This document shows, piece after piece, positions 35,306-35,515 of a stretch of 35,515 bases of DNA. Source of the DNA: Myxococcota bacterium (GTDB lineage Bacteria > Myxococcota > JACRCW01); contig JBFMGU010000103.1 of assembly GCA_040752415.1 (NCBI GenBank), positions 1-35,515 of the forward strand. Direction: 5' to 3'. The notes under the pieces are model-generated. The model was not told the DNA's origin. It did not search any database and saw nothing but the letters and a program-made list of their open reading frames with translations. A program made the translations under genes and the position numbers. How positions within the stretch are numbered: position 1 is the first letter of the stretch; each line of letters opens with the position of its first letter.

Positions 35306-35515
35306 GGGGCTGCGTCAGGATAGGTTGCCCATCTGGTCCTGACCGCCTCCAGCGGACCACGACCTGGAGTGCGGCGGGCCCTCGCCGCCCTGGTCAGCGT
35401 CGAGCGGTTTGGACCACCGTCAAGGGTCCACGCGCCACGAGGCAGAGCCTCGCCCGACGTCATTGAGCCCCAGGGCTGTTCGGCCCGTTGTGAACGCGCT
35501 CGGCGCTGGCCAGGG
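35306..35515. repeat. Composite intergenic element, truncated by the window end: terminal motif plus GGAGTGCGG REP-like module and the start of its inverted partner
   Basis: 35306-35332 matches the shared terminal motif; 35351-35401 matches 19382-19432. The final CGCTCGGCGCTGGCCAGGG is inverted relative to CCCTGGTCAGCGTCGAGCG. Confidence 0.75.

Overview
High-GC bacterial window. Gene content points to Myxococcota or a related deltaproteobacterium (inference): two Hanks-type Ser/Thr kinases, a thrombospondin type-3 surface protein with a MYXO-CTERM-like tail, and many lipoproteins. About 24 CDS are supportable: surface proteins and lipoproteins, a GH5 endoglycoceramidase-like enzyme, a divergent RlmN-family radical SAM enzyme, an esterase, an FAD oxidoreductase, a MoxR/VWA pair, a methyltransferase and an SDR. 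No rRNA, tRNA, CRISPR array, transposase or integrase was seen. Highlights: (1) a translationally coupled cassette of a C39/papain-fold protein followed by two paralogous exported all-alpha proteins, resembling an effector with duplicated immunity genes; (2) a 1089-aa single-pass membrane protein joining a cytoplasmic Ser/Thr-rich repeat tail to two tandem atypical M15-like zinc peptidase domains; (3) intergenic palindromic elements that appear modular, with one shared terminal motif enclosing different hairpin modules at four loci, plus a ~1 kb repeat mosaic at 26.4-27.5 kb; (4) sigma54-like promoters on two adjacent lipoprotein genes and a recurrent TANNNT-N6/7-ATG leaderless signature. All family assignments come from motif reading, not database searches.
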